Virus record (IMG/VR): IMGVR_UViG_3300028591_000172
Strand: one strand, 5' to 3'
Source: an uncultured virus (IMG/VR IMGVR_UViG_3300028591_000172)
Taxonomy: Duplodnaviria; Heunggongvirae; Uroviricota; Caudoviricetes
Length of the DNA stretch: 64,000 bases
The notes beneath the pieces were generated by a model. That model was not told the DNA's origin. It saw only the letters and a list, made by a program, of their open reading frames with translations, and searched no databases. Shown here piece by piece: positions 29,645 to 38,961 of the stretch. A program made the translations under genes and the position numbers. How positions within the stretch are numbered: the stretch's first letter is position 1; each line of letters opens with the position of its first letter.

Positions 29645-30029
29645 CTTTATCTTCTCCTCTCATCGTAATTATATATCCACAGAGCGGGAGTCCCTGAGAC
29701 ATACGCTTCTGGATAAATTTTGTATCAATAGTTAACAGTGAATCAGTATTATATTCCCTGGAAAATTTATTTACTTCATTCAGAAATTTAGTTAACGAAA
29801 CAAAATTTGGAAAGTAATGGATCTCATCTTTGAACACGGCATGTTGGGCTATATATAGCGGGCCATCATACACCTGTTCATAATATAATCCTTCAATGAA
29901 TTGCTTCACTACCTGGACTGGCATCTGATCCAAAATAGTTTCGATTAATTCTATTTGGAACGGAGCATCTCCAATAAACTGTGGAAGGAATTCTTTGAAT
30001 CTTTGTTTGTCTACTTCGACTCTTGACAT
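29604..30029 (-). CDS. Hypothetical protein
   Basis: GAGG RBS; 141 aa. Confidence 0.65.
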   Translation of the reverse strand: MSRVEVDKQRFKEFLPQFIGDAPFQIELIETILDQMPVQVVKQFIEGLYYEQVYDGPLYIAQHAVFKDEIHYFPNFVSLTKFLNEVNKFSREYNTDSLLTIDTKFIQKRMSQGLPLCGYIITMRGEDKDVGPKPTRYSQFQ

Positions 30030-30061
30030 ATTTTACACCTCACCTTCCATTATACATATAA

Positions 30062-30090
30062 TTTACTTGAAATTAAACTCGTGTTATAAT
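30062..30090 (+). promoter_or_regulatory. Sigma70-type promoter
   Basis: TTTACT-17-TATAAT with extended TG, about 10 nt before ATG 30101. Confidence 0.65.
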
Positions 30091-30100
30091 TCAATTGATT

Positions 30101-30298
30101 ATGGGATACCTAGATGATTACGTAAATAATGCTACTAAGATACACATCCGCAAACAATTGAAGTGTATCCCGAAACTTATAGCGTTAATCAGAACAAATA
30201 AATTTGATCCGTCGAATCCAAATCATGTTAAATGGAAGAACGTCGGTTTAAAATACGGTTACATAGATTCAAATATGAACATACTGAAAGGAGAATAG
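30101..30298 (+). CDS. Hypothetical protein
   Basis: Short ORF directly after the promoter, no RBS. Confidence 0.55.
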   Translation: MGYLDDYVNNATKIHIRKQLKCIPKLIALIRTNKFDPSNPNHVKWKNVGLKYGYIDSNMNILKGE

Positions 30299-30299
30299 T

Positions 30300-31022
30300 A
30301 TGCCAAAAGATAAAGAAAAGATTGAAGATGTCCTTGGTGAAGAAGAGCAACCAGGATCTGGTGAAGAGAATCCACTAGAAGCGATGGATGAAATTTCGAA
30401 TGCCACACCAAGTGGTAAGAAAGGTAGTGGATCCAAGGATTTAGATGAAGACGTCGTAACAGAAATGCTTAAGACTGGCGAAAACACAGACGGTATGTTT
30501 ATACCTAAAGGTGATGAGGATCTCGAAGAAGAAGATGAAAGTGCCAAAGTTAAAGTTGGCGACAAGGTAAAACCTTCTGATAAATATAAAGATAAATTTA
30601 AAGATGATATGCTTAAGCATCCAGATGAGTATAAGCTTATGACACCACGTGGAGAAATGACCGTGGCTGAAGCACTCAGGGCTGGATATAATCCGATGAC
30701 AAAAACTTTTGATGAATCAAAAAGTCAAAAAGGAATCAAAGATAAATACATGGCGGGATTAAATGACGCCGATAGAGAAGCGATTGAAGGAATCACGTCT
30801 CCATCCACAGCACAAGTTGCTCCAGCTGATGCTGAAATGTATGGATTACCATCAGGATCTCCATTGATTCGTCAAGAACAACCTGCTCAACCTGCTATGC
30901 CAGCTGGACAGATGCCTGCACAAGGTGGAACTCCTGTTGGTGCGGCAATGCCAGGAGCAGAAGAATCAATGGCACCAGGTGGTTCACCTGATATCGCAGC
31001 GTTATTAGGAGGTGGACAATAA
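30300..31022 (+). CDS. Acidic, Pro/Gln-rich protein (possible scaffold/virion protein)
   Basis: AAGGAG RBS; low-complexity termini. Confidence 0.65.
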   Translation: MPKDKEKIEDVLGEEEQPGSGEENPLEAMDEISNATPSGKKGSGSKDLDEDVVTEMLKTGENTDGMFIPKGDEDLEEEDESAKVKVGDKVKPSDKYKDKFKDDMLKHPDEYKLMTPRGEMTVAEALRAGYNPMTKTFDESKSQKGIKDKYMAGLNDADREAIEGITSPSTAQVAPADAEMYGLPSGSPLIRQEQPAQPAMPAGQMPAQGGTPVGAAMPGAEESMAPGGSPDIAALLGGGQ

Positions 31023-32998
31023 TGGCAGTAGGAAAACAATTTATCTCAACAAATGGAGACGCAACAACTCCAACAAAACCAGGTGGAATTATACATCCTG
31101 AAGTTTTACAACCATCAACAATCGAACCATCAAACGGTGGATCTGGTGGACCTGGTGGAGGTGGAGATGAAGTAATCACTACTCAATCGAATCAACCAGC
31201 ATCATACACTCCTAATCCTGAAGGATATCATAACACAGGCGGTGGTGCTGAAGCTGCCGTAGGAACAGACTATTCCTGGAATAAACAAGGAAGTGAAAAA
31301 GCACAGAGAACATATTCATCTGATGTTTTAACAGCGAATCAGAACTCATTGACAAACCGTCAAACAATTGAGAACAACGCAGTAAACTACCAAGCTCAAG
31401 CAGACATGATGCAGTATCAAAACAATCAGAATGCTGAGAAGGTGGGCTGGACTGGTGGATATGTGTTAGACCAGAACCGTCAGATGGATTACCTTAAAGC
31501 TTCCATCCAAGCACAAATGTATGGAGCAATGGAACTACAAAAGTATGGACACGACTCCGCTCTTGCTGCGGCGAGACTGTCTTACGATCTCAATCAACAA
31601 GAATATGCTCGTCAATATTATCAAGATGCGATTAGTTCAGCTTTAAGTGAAGCACAATTAACTGGCGTATACTTCTCTGCTGAGACTAGGGATATGTTAT
31701 CTCAACGTGCTACCGCACAACAAATCCTTAAAGATCCTCAAGTATCAGACGCGGATAGAGAACGTGCTCAAAAAGTTATTACATCCATCAACGGTTGGTT
31801 CAAAGAAAATAATGTTTCTGAAAGCGGCGTCGAACAATACACTAAGTGGGCCACTGAATCTCAGGAAGCACTTACCTGGGAACAACAACAATTCCAGGAA
31901 TTCGATGCAGCATTAAAAGTCGCACAAACAAACGTTGCTGATAATGTTACAGCACACATCAGATATACATTAGATGAGAATGGTAATCCTAAAATCGAAT
32001 ACACTGGTGGTTACGATGGTGAAGTAAGAACACTTGATATGGATGGCATGTCAGCTGCTGATCTTGTTAGTTACATTAAACAACAATATACTGGTGCTGA
32101 TGGTAAACCAGTAGAAAAAGTTAACACGATGGCCAGAGAACAAGTTCAATCTTACATCAATTACTTATATGAAGATGCTAAGAATAAAGCTTCAACTATC
32201 ACAAAAGATAAAGATGGCAATGAAAAAGTAACCACTAATTTAAATAAAAAAGAATATAAAGAAGCTATCGAAAAGCTTGAAACTTTATTAAATGAAATAA
32301 ACGGTAAACTTGAAGATAACTATAAGTTAACAAATCCTATAAAAGCCACTGACAAACCATTAAGTAATGGTAATGGAGTAACTGATGTTAAAGAAGACTA
32401 TGATTCTATTGGAGAATGGAATCAAGATACAACTATAGTTGTTAATGGAGATAATGGTGAACACGCAATATCTTTAAGCAATTTATCATATCTTGATTGG
32501 AATGATCCAAATGGAAAGCTAAACGAAGAAAATAAAAAACAATATCCAAAAGCTTCGTTAGACATAGGATGGTCAGACTTACCAAGTGATTGGCAAAAAG
32601 TATTTAAGGATCAACTAAAAATAAATGATAGTTCTGGATTCTTAATTGAAACATTACCGATAACAGTAAGCTTCAAAACAGAAACTAATCAAGTAAAAGC
32701 TGTAGTAAATGGCATAGATAAATCAATAACACAAAATGCAGTTCCTGGTACTATCAAAGGATTAGGTGGACAAATCGAAAGTTTCTTAAAAGATTTCTAT
32801 TTGAAAACAACTGGAAAAGAAAGCATAGATCAAGGAACAGCAATGATTGTTGGAAACAATATATTAGTTTGGATGGGCGATAAAGCTAATCCAAAATGGC
32901 AAACGATTGTAACAAACAAAACAAGAGTTAATCCGATTGGAACTGGTCCTGGCAATTATATGACAGACGAATCAATAGCATACTTGCTAAGCTTATAA
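31022..32998 (+). CDS. Gln-rich helical protein (possible ejected virion protein)
   Basis: 658 aa; Gly/Pro N-terminus; AQLTG motif; function inferred only. Confidence 0.55.
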   Translation: MAVGKQFISTNGDATTPTKPGGIIHPEVLQPSTIEPSNGGSGGPGGGGDEVITTQSNQPASYTPNPEGYHNTGGGAEAAVGTDYSWNKQGSEKAQRTYSSDVLTANQNSLTNRQTIENNAVNYQAQADMMQYQNNQNAEKVGWTGGYVLDQNRQMDYLKASIQAQMYGAMELQKYGHDSALAAARLSYDLNQQEYARQYYQDAISSALSEAQLTGVYFSAETRDMLSQRATAQQILKDPQVSDADRERAQKVITSINGWFKENNVSESGVEQYTKWATESQEALTWEQQQFQEFDAALKVAQTNVADNVTAHIRYTLDENGNPKIEYTGGYDGEVRTLDMDGMSAADLVSYIKQQYTGADGKPVEKVNTMAREQVQSYINYLYEDAKNKASTITKDKDGNEKVTTNLNKKEYKEAIEKLETLLNEINGKLEDNYKLTNPIKATDKPLSNGNGVTDVKEDYDSIGEWNQDTTIVVNGDNGEHAISLSNLSYLDWNDPNGKLNEENKKQYPKASLDIGWSDLPSDWQKVFKDQLKINDSSGFLIETLPITVSFKTETNQVKAVVNGIDKSITQNAVPGTIKGLGGQIESFLKDFYLKTTGKESIDQGTAMIVGNNILVWMGDKANPKWQTIVTNKTRVNPIGTGPGNYMTDESIAYLLSL

Positions 32999-33012
32999 TT
33001 AAGTGCTATAAT
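32984..33012 (+). promoter_or_regulatory. Sigma70-type promoter
   Basis: TTGCTA-17-TATAAT with extended TG. Confidence 0.75.
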
Positions 33013-33018
33013 AATTAC

Positions 33019-33073
33019 AGTTTTCAAAGACAGAGAGGCACAGCAGTCAACTACTTGCCTCTTTTCTTTTTTT
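33019..33073 (+). ncRNA. Putative ~55-nt sRNA; hairpin may also terminate the upstream gene
   Basis: AGAGGCA...TGCCTCT plus T tract directly after the promoter. Confidence 0.4.
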
Positions 33074-33096
33074 AATCCTTAATATATAATAACTAT

Positions 33097-33177
33097 GGGC
33101 ATGTCTTTAACTCTATTTAGACATAGATGCCTCCTTTCAAACAGGGTTGCGTGCCGAGTCATCACGTAACCTTTTTT
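33097..33177 (+). ncRNA. Putative ~80-nt sRNA containing an anti-SD sequence
   Basis: TATAAT 33085-33090; GGCAT/ATGCC and ATGTCT/AGACAT stems; CCTCCTTT 33130-33137; terminator GGTTGCGTG/CACGTAACC-T6. Confidence 0.55.
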
Positions 33178-33178
33178 A

Positions 33179-33207
33179 TTTACACTTTTTACACTGTGAT
33201 GTATAAT
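33179..33207 (+). promoter_or_regulatory. Promoter for a probable leaderless mRNA
   Basis: TTTACA-17-TATAAT; ATG at 33214 coincides with the expected +1. Confidence 0.7.
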
Positions 33208-33213
33208 CTTATT

Positions 33214-33666
33214 ATGAACTACAGATACATACTTAAACGTGAAGGCATTACGATGAAAGAGTTCGCAGAGAAACTCCAGGTTTCACGACCAACATTATAT
33301 AAAATGATTGATCGCTATGAATCTGGAACTGGGCTAGGCGAGCCATATCAATCCATCTTTGATGCCTTCTTTTTGAAAGAGAGGAATTCTATGAAAGGAA
33401 ATTATGAGAGTAGAAACGGTAATCTGATTGTTAAGATCCTGGAAAACAGTGCCGTCAACGACAACGGAACCTTCATCAAAGGCTCTGAAACCAGAGGCAA
33501 ACGTGACATCGTCATGGCCCAAGTCCTGGTCGGCGACAGCAATGTTCCAGCAAACGCAATCATCTACTTCGCTTTCTACGCAGGACAACCATTCACCCTA
33601 GAGGGAGAAGAAGTATTCATCGTCAACAAACTTGACATTAAATTTATTAAGAAAGGAGAGAATTAA
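33214..33666 (+). CDS. HTH fused to a GroES-like co-chaperonin
   Basis: ITMKEFAEKLQVSRPTLY HTH, then a Cpn10-like region (NLIVK..MAQVLVG..LEGEEVFIV...DI); lies next to groEL. Confidence 0.7.
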   Translation: MNYRYILKREGITMKEFAEKLQVSRPTLYKMIDRYESGTGLGEPYQSIFDAFFLKERNSMKGNYESRNGNLIVKILENSAVNDNGTFIKGSETRGKRDIVMAQVLVGDSNVPANAIIYFAFYAGQPFTLEGEEVFIVNKLDIKFIKKGEN

Positions 33667-33667
33667 T

Positions 33668-33718
33668 ATGGCATGTAAGAAAAAATCAAAAGGCAAAAAG
33701 CCAGGAAAGAAGTGCTAG
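33668..33718 (+). CDS. 16-aa Lys-rich peptide MACKKKSKGKKPGKKC
   Basis: AAAGGAG RBS; stop 3 nt before the groEL start. Confidence 0.55.
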   Translation: MACKKKSKGKKPGKKC

Positions 33719-33721
33719 TGT

Positions 33722-35245
33722 ATGAAACACGTTGACACAAAAGTAATTAAAGAAACTCTTCAGCTCGCCAGTGATATTGTTACACCTACCATGGGACCTA
33801 AGGGACGCCTGGCCGTCATCTCAGACGAATTCTCTAGACCATACCTTACAGACGATGGAGTTACTGTGGCCAAAGAACTTCTAAACCTGGATGATCCATT
33901 CAAAAAAATGGTAGCGATATCCGCATGCGAAGCTGCCAACAACACAGAGAAATCCGCATTCGACGGAACAACACTCACAGTTCTCTTATTAAATGAATTC
34001 TACAAAGCTGGATTAAAATTAATTGAATCAGGATTACATCCTCAAACAGCAGCGGATAGAATCAAAGAAGAAATTGACATCGCTCTTAAAGAACTGGAGA
34101 AGCAGCGCATCAAGGTGACACCTGAAAATTCAGAGAAGCTCATCCGTGATGTTAGTTATATCACCACTAAGATTCCTGAAATCGGAGAACTTGTCTATCA
34201 AGCTTACACCAAAGCTGGCGATGCGATGAATGTCGTGATCGAACACGATCGTCAAATCCCAACCTCAGTGGTTGAGCACGTCGATGGAATGATAGTTAAC
34301 TCCGGATACTTCTCACCAGAACTAGCAAAGCTAGCAGGTGAAGATGAAATCTGGAAGAGAGATAACGCTAAAGTGTTCCTCCTATCCGAAGGTATCCTTA
34401 CAGTGAATGGACTCAGAGGACTCTTTGGTTCCATCCCTGATAAGAAGACTCCATTAGTATTCGTCTTCGATCGTAACTATAATCCAGAGATGCTCAAGGG
34501 ACTGATTGAAAATTTATCAGCAAATAAGTTTGATTTCATGTTCATGTTCATCAACGACAGTAGACCAGATGAGATCTTCTTAGACATCGCTGCCAAGACT
34601 GGAGGCAAGATTCAATCCGCTACATATAACACCACGGATTATCTCTATGAATATGCGGGAACTGCTGATCATATCGAAATTGAAATCGATAAGTCAACCA
34701 TCATCGCTAATGGAAATCCAGATGAGGTGAAGGCTAGATTAAATTCTTATAAGAAAGAACTTAAGAAGAACGAATTCACAACTGGCTATGTCAGAGCTGA
34801 TGTTCTCAACCGTCGTATGGCCAACCTAGGAGCTGGCGTCACTAAGATTAAGATTGCTGCTCAATCAGTAACTGAATACAGAACCATCCGCTTCAAATTA
34901 GATGACGCAATTGGTGCTGTAAGATGTGCTCTTAAGGATGGCGTACTACTTGGTGGAGGTAAAGCACTTGCTTCTATACAAAGCGGCGTCGCTATTAAGG
35001 ATGCGTTAGTTGCTCCGATTAAAACCATCTTAGCCAATGCTGGATATGAATATAAACCTAATGAAACAACCAGAGCTGGACATGGAATCGATGCTCGCAC
35101 TGGGCTGGATGTAGATTTATATGAATCAGGCATCATAGATAGCTACACATCAATAGAAACAGCAGTAAAGAATGCTGAGTCAATCGCATGTAGCTACCTA
35201 CGAGCTTACATATTAATTAATATGAATGTAAAGGAAGGCAATTAA
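33722..35245 (+). CDS. groEL: GroEL-like chaperonin
   Basis: TMGPKGR, DGVTVAKE, DGTT, DDAIGAVRCA, GGG, GIID. Confidence 0.93.
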   Translation: MKHVDTKVIKETLQLASDIVTPTMGPKGRLAVISDEFSRPYLTDDGVTVAKELLNLDDPFKKMVAISACEAANNTEKSAFDGTTLTVLLLNEFYKAGLKLIESGLHPQTAADRIKEEIDIALKELEKQRIKVTPENSEKLIRDVSYITTKIPEIGELVYQAYTKAGDAMNVVIEHDRQIPTSVVEHVDGMIVNSGYFSPELAKLAGEDEIWKRDNAKVFLLSEGILTVNGLRGLFGSIPDKKTPLVFVFDRNYNPEMLKGLIENLSANKFDFMFMFINDSRPDEIFLDIAAKTGGKIQSATYNTTDYLYEYAGTADHIEIEIDKSTIIANGNPDEVKARLNSYKKELKKNEFTTGYVRADVLNRRMANLGAGVTKIKIAAQSVTEYRTIRFKLDDAIGAVRCALKDGVLLGGGKALASIQSGVAIKDALVAPIKTILANAGYEYKPNETTRAGHGIDARTGLDVDLYESGIIDSYTSIETAVKNAESIACSYLRAYILINMNVKEGN

Positions 35246-35257
35246 GCCTTCTTTTTT
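35234..35257 (+). terminator. Intrinsic terminator between convergent genes
   Basis: GAAGGC-AATTAA-GCCTTC-T6. Confidence 0.75.
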
Positions 35258-37004
35258 ATTTATTAACAGACACCCAATGGAATCCAAGACCAGTTCTATC
35301 AGGTTTATCTATAGCAACAGATATAAGAGAGCCTTTGTTACGGCCTCCTGATATATCTTTAGAAGCAGCGTAGAAAGAATCGTATATCTTTCCAGTCTCA
35401 ACACACATAACTTTCTTCTTAGGATTTGTATTAGATCTAATCTTATTTTTATTTACAAATCTAATAAGAGAGTGGAATGATATGCCAGGAAGTCGATCTA
35501 ATACTTTCTTACCTTCTATAGGATAATACTTCTTAACGATAGCAATACGTTCATCAGTCCATTCTACTTTGTATTGATAGCGAATGCCAAGCTTTGATGC
35601 GCGTTGCATTACAGCACTAGGAGATCTATTACCTAATAACTTAGCAACATATTCAGGTCCACGCTTAGAATAATATTTCTTAATGATCTCATCATCTTCT
35701 TCGGTATACAAACCAAACCAACCATTGGTCAAACCAAGCTTATGAACTTTGGCTCTAACAGAAGAGAAAGAATGATTAGGAAAATTCTTAGCAGCAAATT
35801 CTTTAAAACCAAAACCATGAGGATTCTGATTATAGAATTCAATCAACATATTAACTTCATCAGGAGTGTATTTATTATCAAGAGAATCCTGAATTTCCTG
35901 AAGAACAGCAATGATGTCCTTAGTATAATCTTTAATGATCAATTGCTTAGAAGGAACGATGTTAAGAACACCAACGTTAGCAATAGAATTAGTTTTAATA
36001 CGAATACCATTCTTAGTATTTCTAATTGAATTTTTATTATTAACTAAATCAAAAACAATAGCTGGTTCATTACTATTAGCATCAAGGCATCTACCAAGCT
36101 GTTGATTAAATAAGTTAGGTGATTCAGTACGGCGTAACATAATTAAAGTATTAACGCCTTTAATATGAACACCCTCTGAGATCATATCAACAGAACAGAG
36201 ATAACCGTTTTTGATTCTCTTAAACCAGTTAAAATTTTTTCTATTAATAACATCAGATTGTTTAGAATGGACAAATCTAATTTTAGCATCAGGATATACA
36301 GAATGCATAAAGTCAATCGCATATCTAATATCGTTGATGGTTGATGCGAAGATGATTCCTTTACGATTACCATCTGGCATATTCTTCTTAAGAATTTCCT
36401 GAACGGTAGGCGTCTTGTTAATAGCAAGATTAAGCTTCGCATAAAGACGGCTTTGAATCTTACCACGGATTGTCTTCTTTAATCCATCGCTATTATACAT
36501 AGCACCTACATAAGTAACAGGATTAAGAATTTGTTTTTCTATAGCAGATTCAACAGATTCACCGAAGACGACATTACCGTGGAAGAATTCATCAGCAACA
36601 TCTCGGCCACCGTCAGTATATCTAACAGATGACTCGGTCAAACCAATAACTTTCTTACCAGAATCAATAAGAAACTTAATAGGTTTACCCCAAGTAGGAG
36701 CACCAACATGGTGAACTTCATCGCAAATGATAACATCGTAAAAGGAATAATCTACATCCTTATAAATGTTTGATAACTTTTGATACGTGATAGTATCAAC
36801 ACGTGAACCACATAACTTTTTCCATGAGTTATTAATAGAATTACGTGGTGAAACAACTAAAGCTGAATATTTATGTTGGGCTAGATATTCTAAAGCAACA
36901 TAGGACTTGCCAACTCCTGTGCCCATGATAACACAGGCACAGTTATTAATGGCAAGAACAGAATTTAATTGATTATAAACATCAACATTGTGTTCTAATA
37001 ACAT
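35256..37004 (-). CDS. SF2 helicase with C-terminal Myb-like repeats and NUMOD1-like domain
   Basis: MGTGVGKS, DEVHH, SEG, QQLGR; three [YW]TxEE..I..YY repeats; KKVMCVETGKIY...GFHW. Confidence 0.85.
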   Translation of the reverse strand: MLLEHNVDVYNQLNSVLAINNCACVIMGTGVGKSYVALEYLAQHKYSALVVSPRNSINNSWKKLCGSRVDTITYQKLSNIYKDVDYSFYDVIICDEVHHVGAPTWGKPIKFLIDSGKKVIGLTESSVRYTDGGRDVADEFFHGNVVFGESVESAIEKQILNPVTYVGAMYNSDGLKKTIRGKIQSRLYAKLNLAINKTPTVQEILKKNMPDGNRKGIIFASTINDIRYAIDFMHSVYPDAKIRFVHSKQSDVINRKNFNWFKRIKNGYLCSVDMISEGVHIKGVNTLIMLRRTESPNLFNQQLGRCLDANSNEPAIVFDLVNNKNSIRNTKNGIRIKTNSIANVGVLNIVPSKQLIIKDYTKDIIAVLQEIQDSLDNKYTPDEVNMLIEFYNQNPHGFGFKEFAAKNFPNHSFSSVRAKVHKLGLTNGWFGLYTEEDDEIIKKYYSKRGPEYVAKLLGNRSPSAVMQRASKLGIRYQYKVEWTDERIAIVKKYYPIEGKKVLDRLPGISFHSLIRFVNKNKIRSNTNPKKKVMCVETGKIYDSFYAASKDISGGRNKGSLISVAIDKPDRTGLGFHWVSVNK

Positions 37005-37016
37005 AATCTTTCCTCC

Positions 37017-37598
37017 TTAATAAGCAACATATCTGTGGAAATAAATAGACTTTCCACCTTTAACTTTAATCTCATCATCATCTTTTAAATCAGATATTAA
37101 AGAGATATCTTTTTTATAAGTATCTTTCATATAATTAATGAACTCTGAATCGCTATCAAAATATTCAGAGCCATCGTCATCATCATAAATACAATACTTA
37201 ACGGTGAAGAAATCACCATCAGTATCAGTATTAACATAAATCTCACAGCCAGGTTCTTCAGCACAATACACGCCTTTAAGAGACATATATTGATGAAGCA
37301 TAGCGTTAAAGCCATCAATCATAGGAGACCAACGAGTAGTCATCCAAATGCGGACATACCAATCGTCATCATCTAATTGTTCTGGTTCTTCAATCTGGTC
37401 TAATGAACCACCAACATAAGGAAATACACTATTAAGAACTTCTTCTTTAGTGTATCCATGTTGTAAAAGCAATTCATAAGTCCACCAATTTTGAGTAATA
37501 GCAGATAGGCGTTGTGCTTCAAGACAACGCTTGTAAAAAATATCTAGTTCCTTTTTATTGCCACGAACTACGGCACCAAAATCACACCAATTAGGCAT
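37017..37598 (-). CDS. DUF1281/YubB-like protein
   Basis: MPNWC start; TTRWSP; AEEPG. Confidence 0.65.
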   Translation of the reverse strand: MPNWCDFGAVVRGNKKELDIFYKRCLEAQRLSAITQNWWTYELLLQHGYTKEEVLNSVFPYVGGSLDQIEEPEQLDDDDWYVRIWMTTRWSPMIDGFNAMLHQYMSLKGVYCAEEPGCEIYVNTDTDGDFFTVKYCIYDDDDGSEYFDSDSEFINYMKDTYKKDISLISDLKDDDEIKVKGGKSIYFHRYVAY

Positions 37599-37612
37599 AA
37601 TAAAATCCTCCT

Positions 37613-37885
37613 TTAATAAATGTTATTAAGAATATCATGGTGAGTGATGTCTTTAGCACCAGACTCAACCAAATCTCTAAGAGATTCAACAACTTGAGAT
37701 AAACTAGTAGTTGTATCAACTTTTAAATAAGCAGTAGATGCTAATTCACAAAGCCATTCAAAGTCATCTCTATCTTTTCCGCCAGTGGCCTCAAAGAAAA
37801 AGTCAACTTCATTAGCAATCATAGCATCATAGACAGCGGATTCACCGACTTGTCTAACGGCTTCTAAAGTTTCCTTATAATTCAT
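37613..37885 (-). CDS. Hypothetical protein
   Basis: ORF with RBS in the operon. Confidence 0.65.
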   Translation of the reverse strand: MNYKETLEAVRQVGESAVYDAMIANEVDFFFEATGGKDRDDFEWLCELASTAYLKVDTTTSLSQVVESLRDLVESGAKDITHHDILNNIY

Positions 37886-37886
37886 A

Positions 37887-38240
37887 TTATAATCTCCTCA
37901 TAGAAGAAACGGCTTCATCAGTAAAAATGAATAATGGATAATCGCAGAATCCACTATGACCATAATGGCCAGTGAATGTAGCAATATTATTTTTAGCAAG
38001 CCATTCAGTAATTAACCAAGTAAGATTATTGGTATCGATGAATTGCTTATCAATTTTATTAGCGTAATAATCGGAGTCATCAATGTTAACTGTTAACATT
38101 CCAAAATCTTCTTCATGACCATCATCAAAGACTTCAATCATTAGAACAGCAAAAGAGCCGTTACTGGTATAATTGCATTTACCTAAAATAATATTATGGT
38201 CTTCACCATAAGCACTAAAAACATAAACTTTTTCATTCAT
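37887..38240 (-). CDS. DUF4313-like protein
   Basis: LTVNI..FIDTNN..WL...IA..TG...SGFCDYP. Confidence 0.7.
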   Translation of the reverse strand: MNEKVYVFSAYGEDHNIILGKCNYTSNGSFAVLMIEVFDDGHEEDFGMLTVNIDDSDYYANKIDKQFIDTNNLTWLITEWLAKNNIATFTGHYGHSGFCDYPLFIFTDEAVSSMRRL

Positions 38241-38243
38241 AAT

Positions 38244-38576
38244 TTAATTCTCCTTTATAAATTTAAATTCTTCATAAGAAAAACCATCTCTAATAAGATG
38301 GTGATTAGTAGGACTAGCAATATCTTTTTCAATAAGCCAGTTATGTAGCCAAGGATAATCCTTGTTGTTTATAAAAGCACAGTCCATTCGTCCAGAAGGA
38401 AATGGTATTGTGATGTAACGCAATACTTCTCCAGTAGTGTGTGCCACCATCAATACCATTAACGAATCTTCTATATATCTATAAACAAAACAAACATATC
38501 GCTTGATAGGTTTACAATAATATCTCTCCATATTATTTCCTGTTAGGCGATACATATTTTCTACGAGGTGGATCAC
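38244..38576 (-). CDS. Divergent DUF4313-like paralogue
   Basis: AFINN..WL...IASPT...GFSY; start uncertain. Confidence 0.5.
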   Translation of the reverse strand: MIHLVENMYRLTGNNMERYYCKPIKRYVCFVYRYIEDSLMVLMVAHTTGEVLRYITIPFPSGRMDCAFINNKDYPWLHNWLIEKDIASPTNHHLIRDGFSYEEFKFIKEN

Positions 38577-38961
38577 AAAAACGTTTCACATTTTGAGCCA
38601 CGCTAGTTAGATAACCACTAAGTATCTTATAAATAGGATACCTAGATGGCTTATCAACATAGCCAAGATAAGTAGCAGACTCAACAGAAAGAGTATGTAA
38701 CTTATCTAATTGAACATAACTATCTGCTCGTAAAAAATAATTAGCTGCTTTAGTTAATCTAACACTATGAGAAAGATATTCCTCATTATCTTGTGAAGTA
38801 ATCTTAACACAAGTAATGTTATCATAATCAACAGCAAGGACCATAAAGAGACCACGTTGTAAGTCTCCGTTCTCAAACACCTTAACGCTCCCATTAAGGG
38901 AGACGTAAGGAGCAGAGATAATATCAAAAGGTTTTAAGACTCTATCCATAGGATTATTCAC
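38533..38961 (-). CDS. PemK/MazF-like fold protein
   Basis: FDII.APY...R..MVL....CVKITS...DSYVQLDKLHTL. Confidence 0.6.
   Translation of the reverse strand: MNNPMDRVLKPFDIISAPYVSLNGSVKVFENGDLQRGLFMVLAVDYDNITCVKITSQDNEEYLSHSVRLTKAANYFLRADSYVQLDKLHTLSVESATYLGYVDKPSRYPIYKILSGYLTSVAQNVKRFCDPPRRKYVSPNRK

Noticed and set aside
33127..33213. ORF-track N-terminal extension of HTH-GroES
   Set aside because: It spans a terminator and a promoter; ATG 33214 fits better
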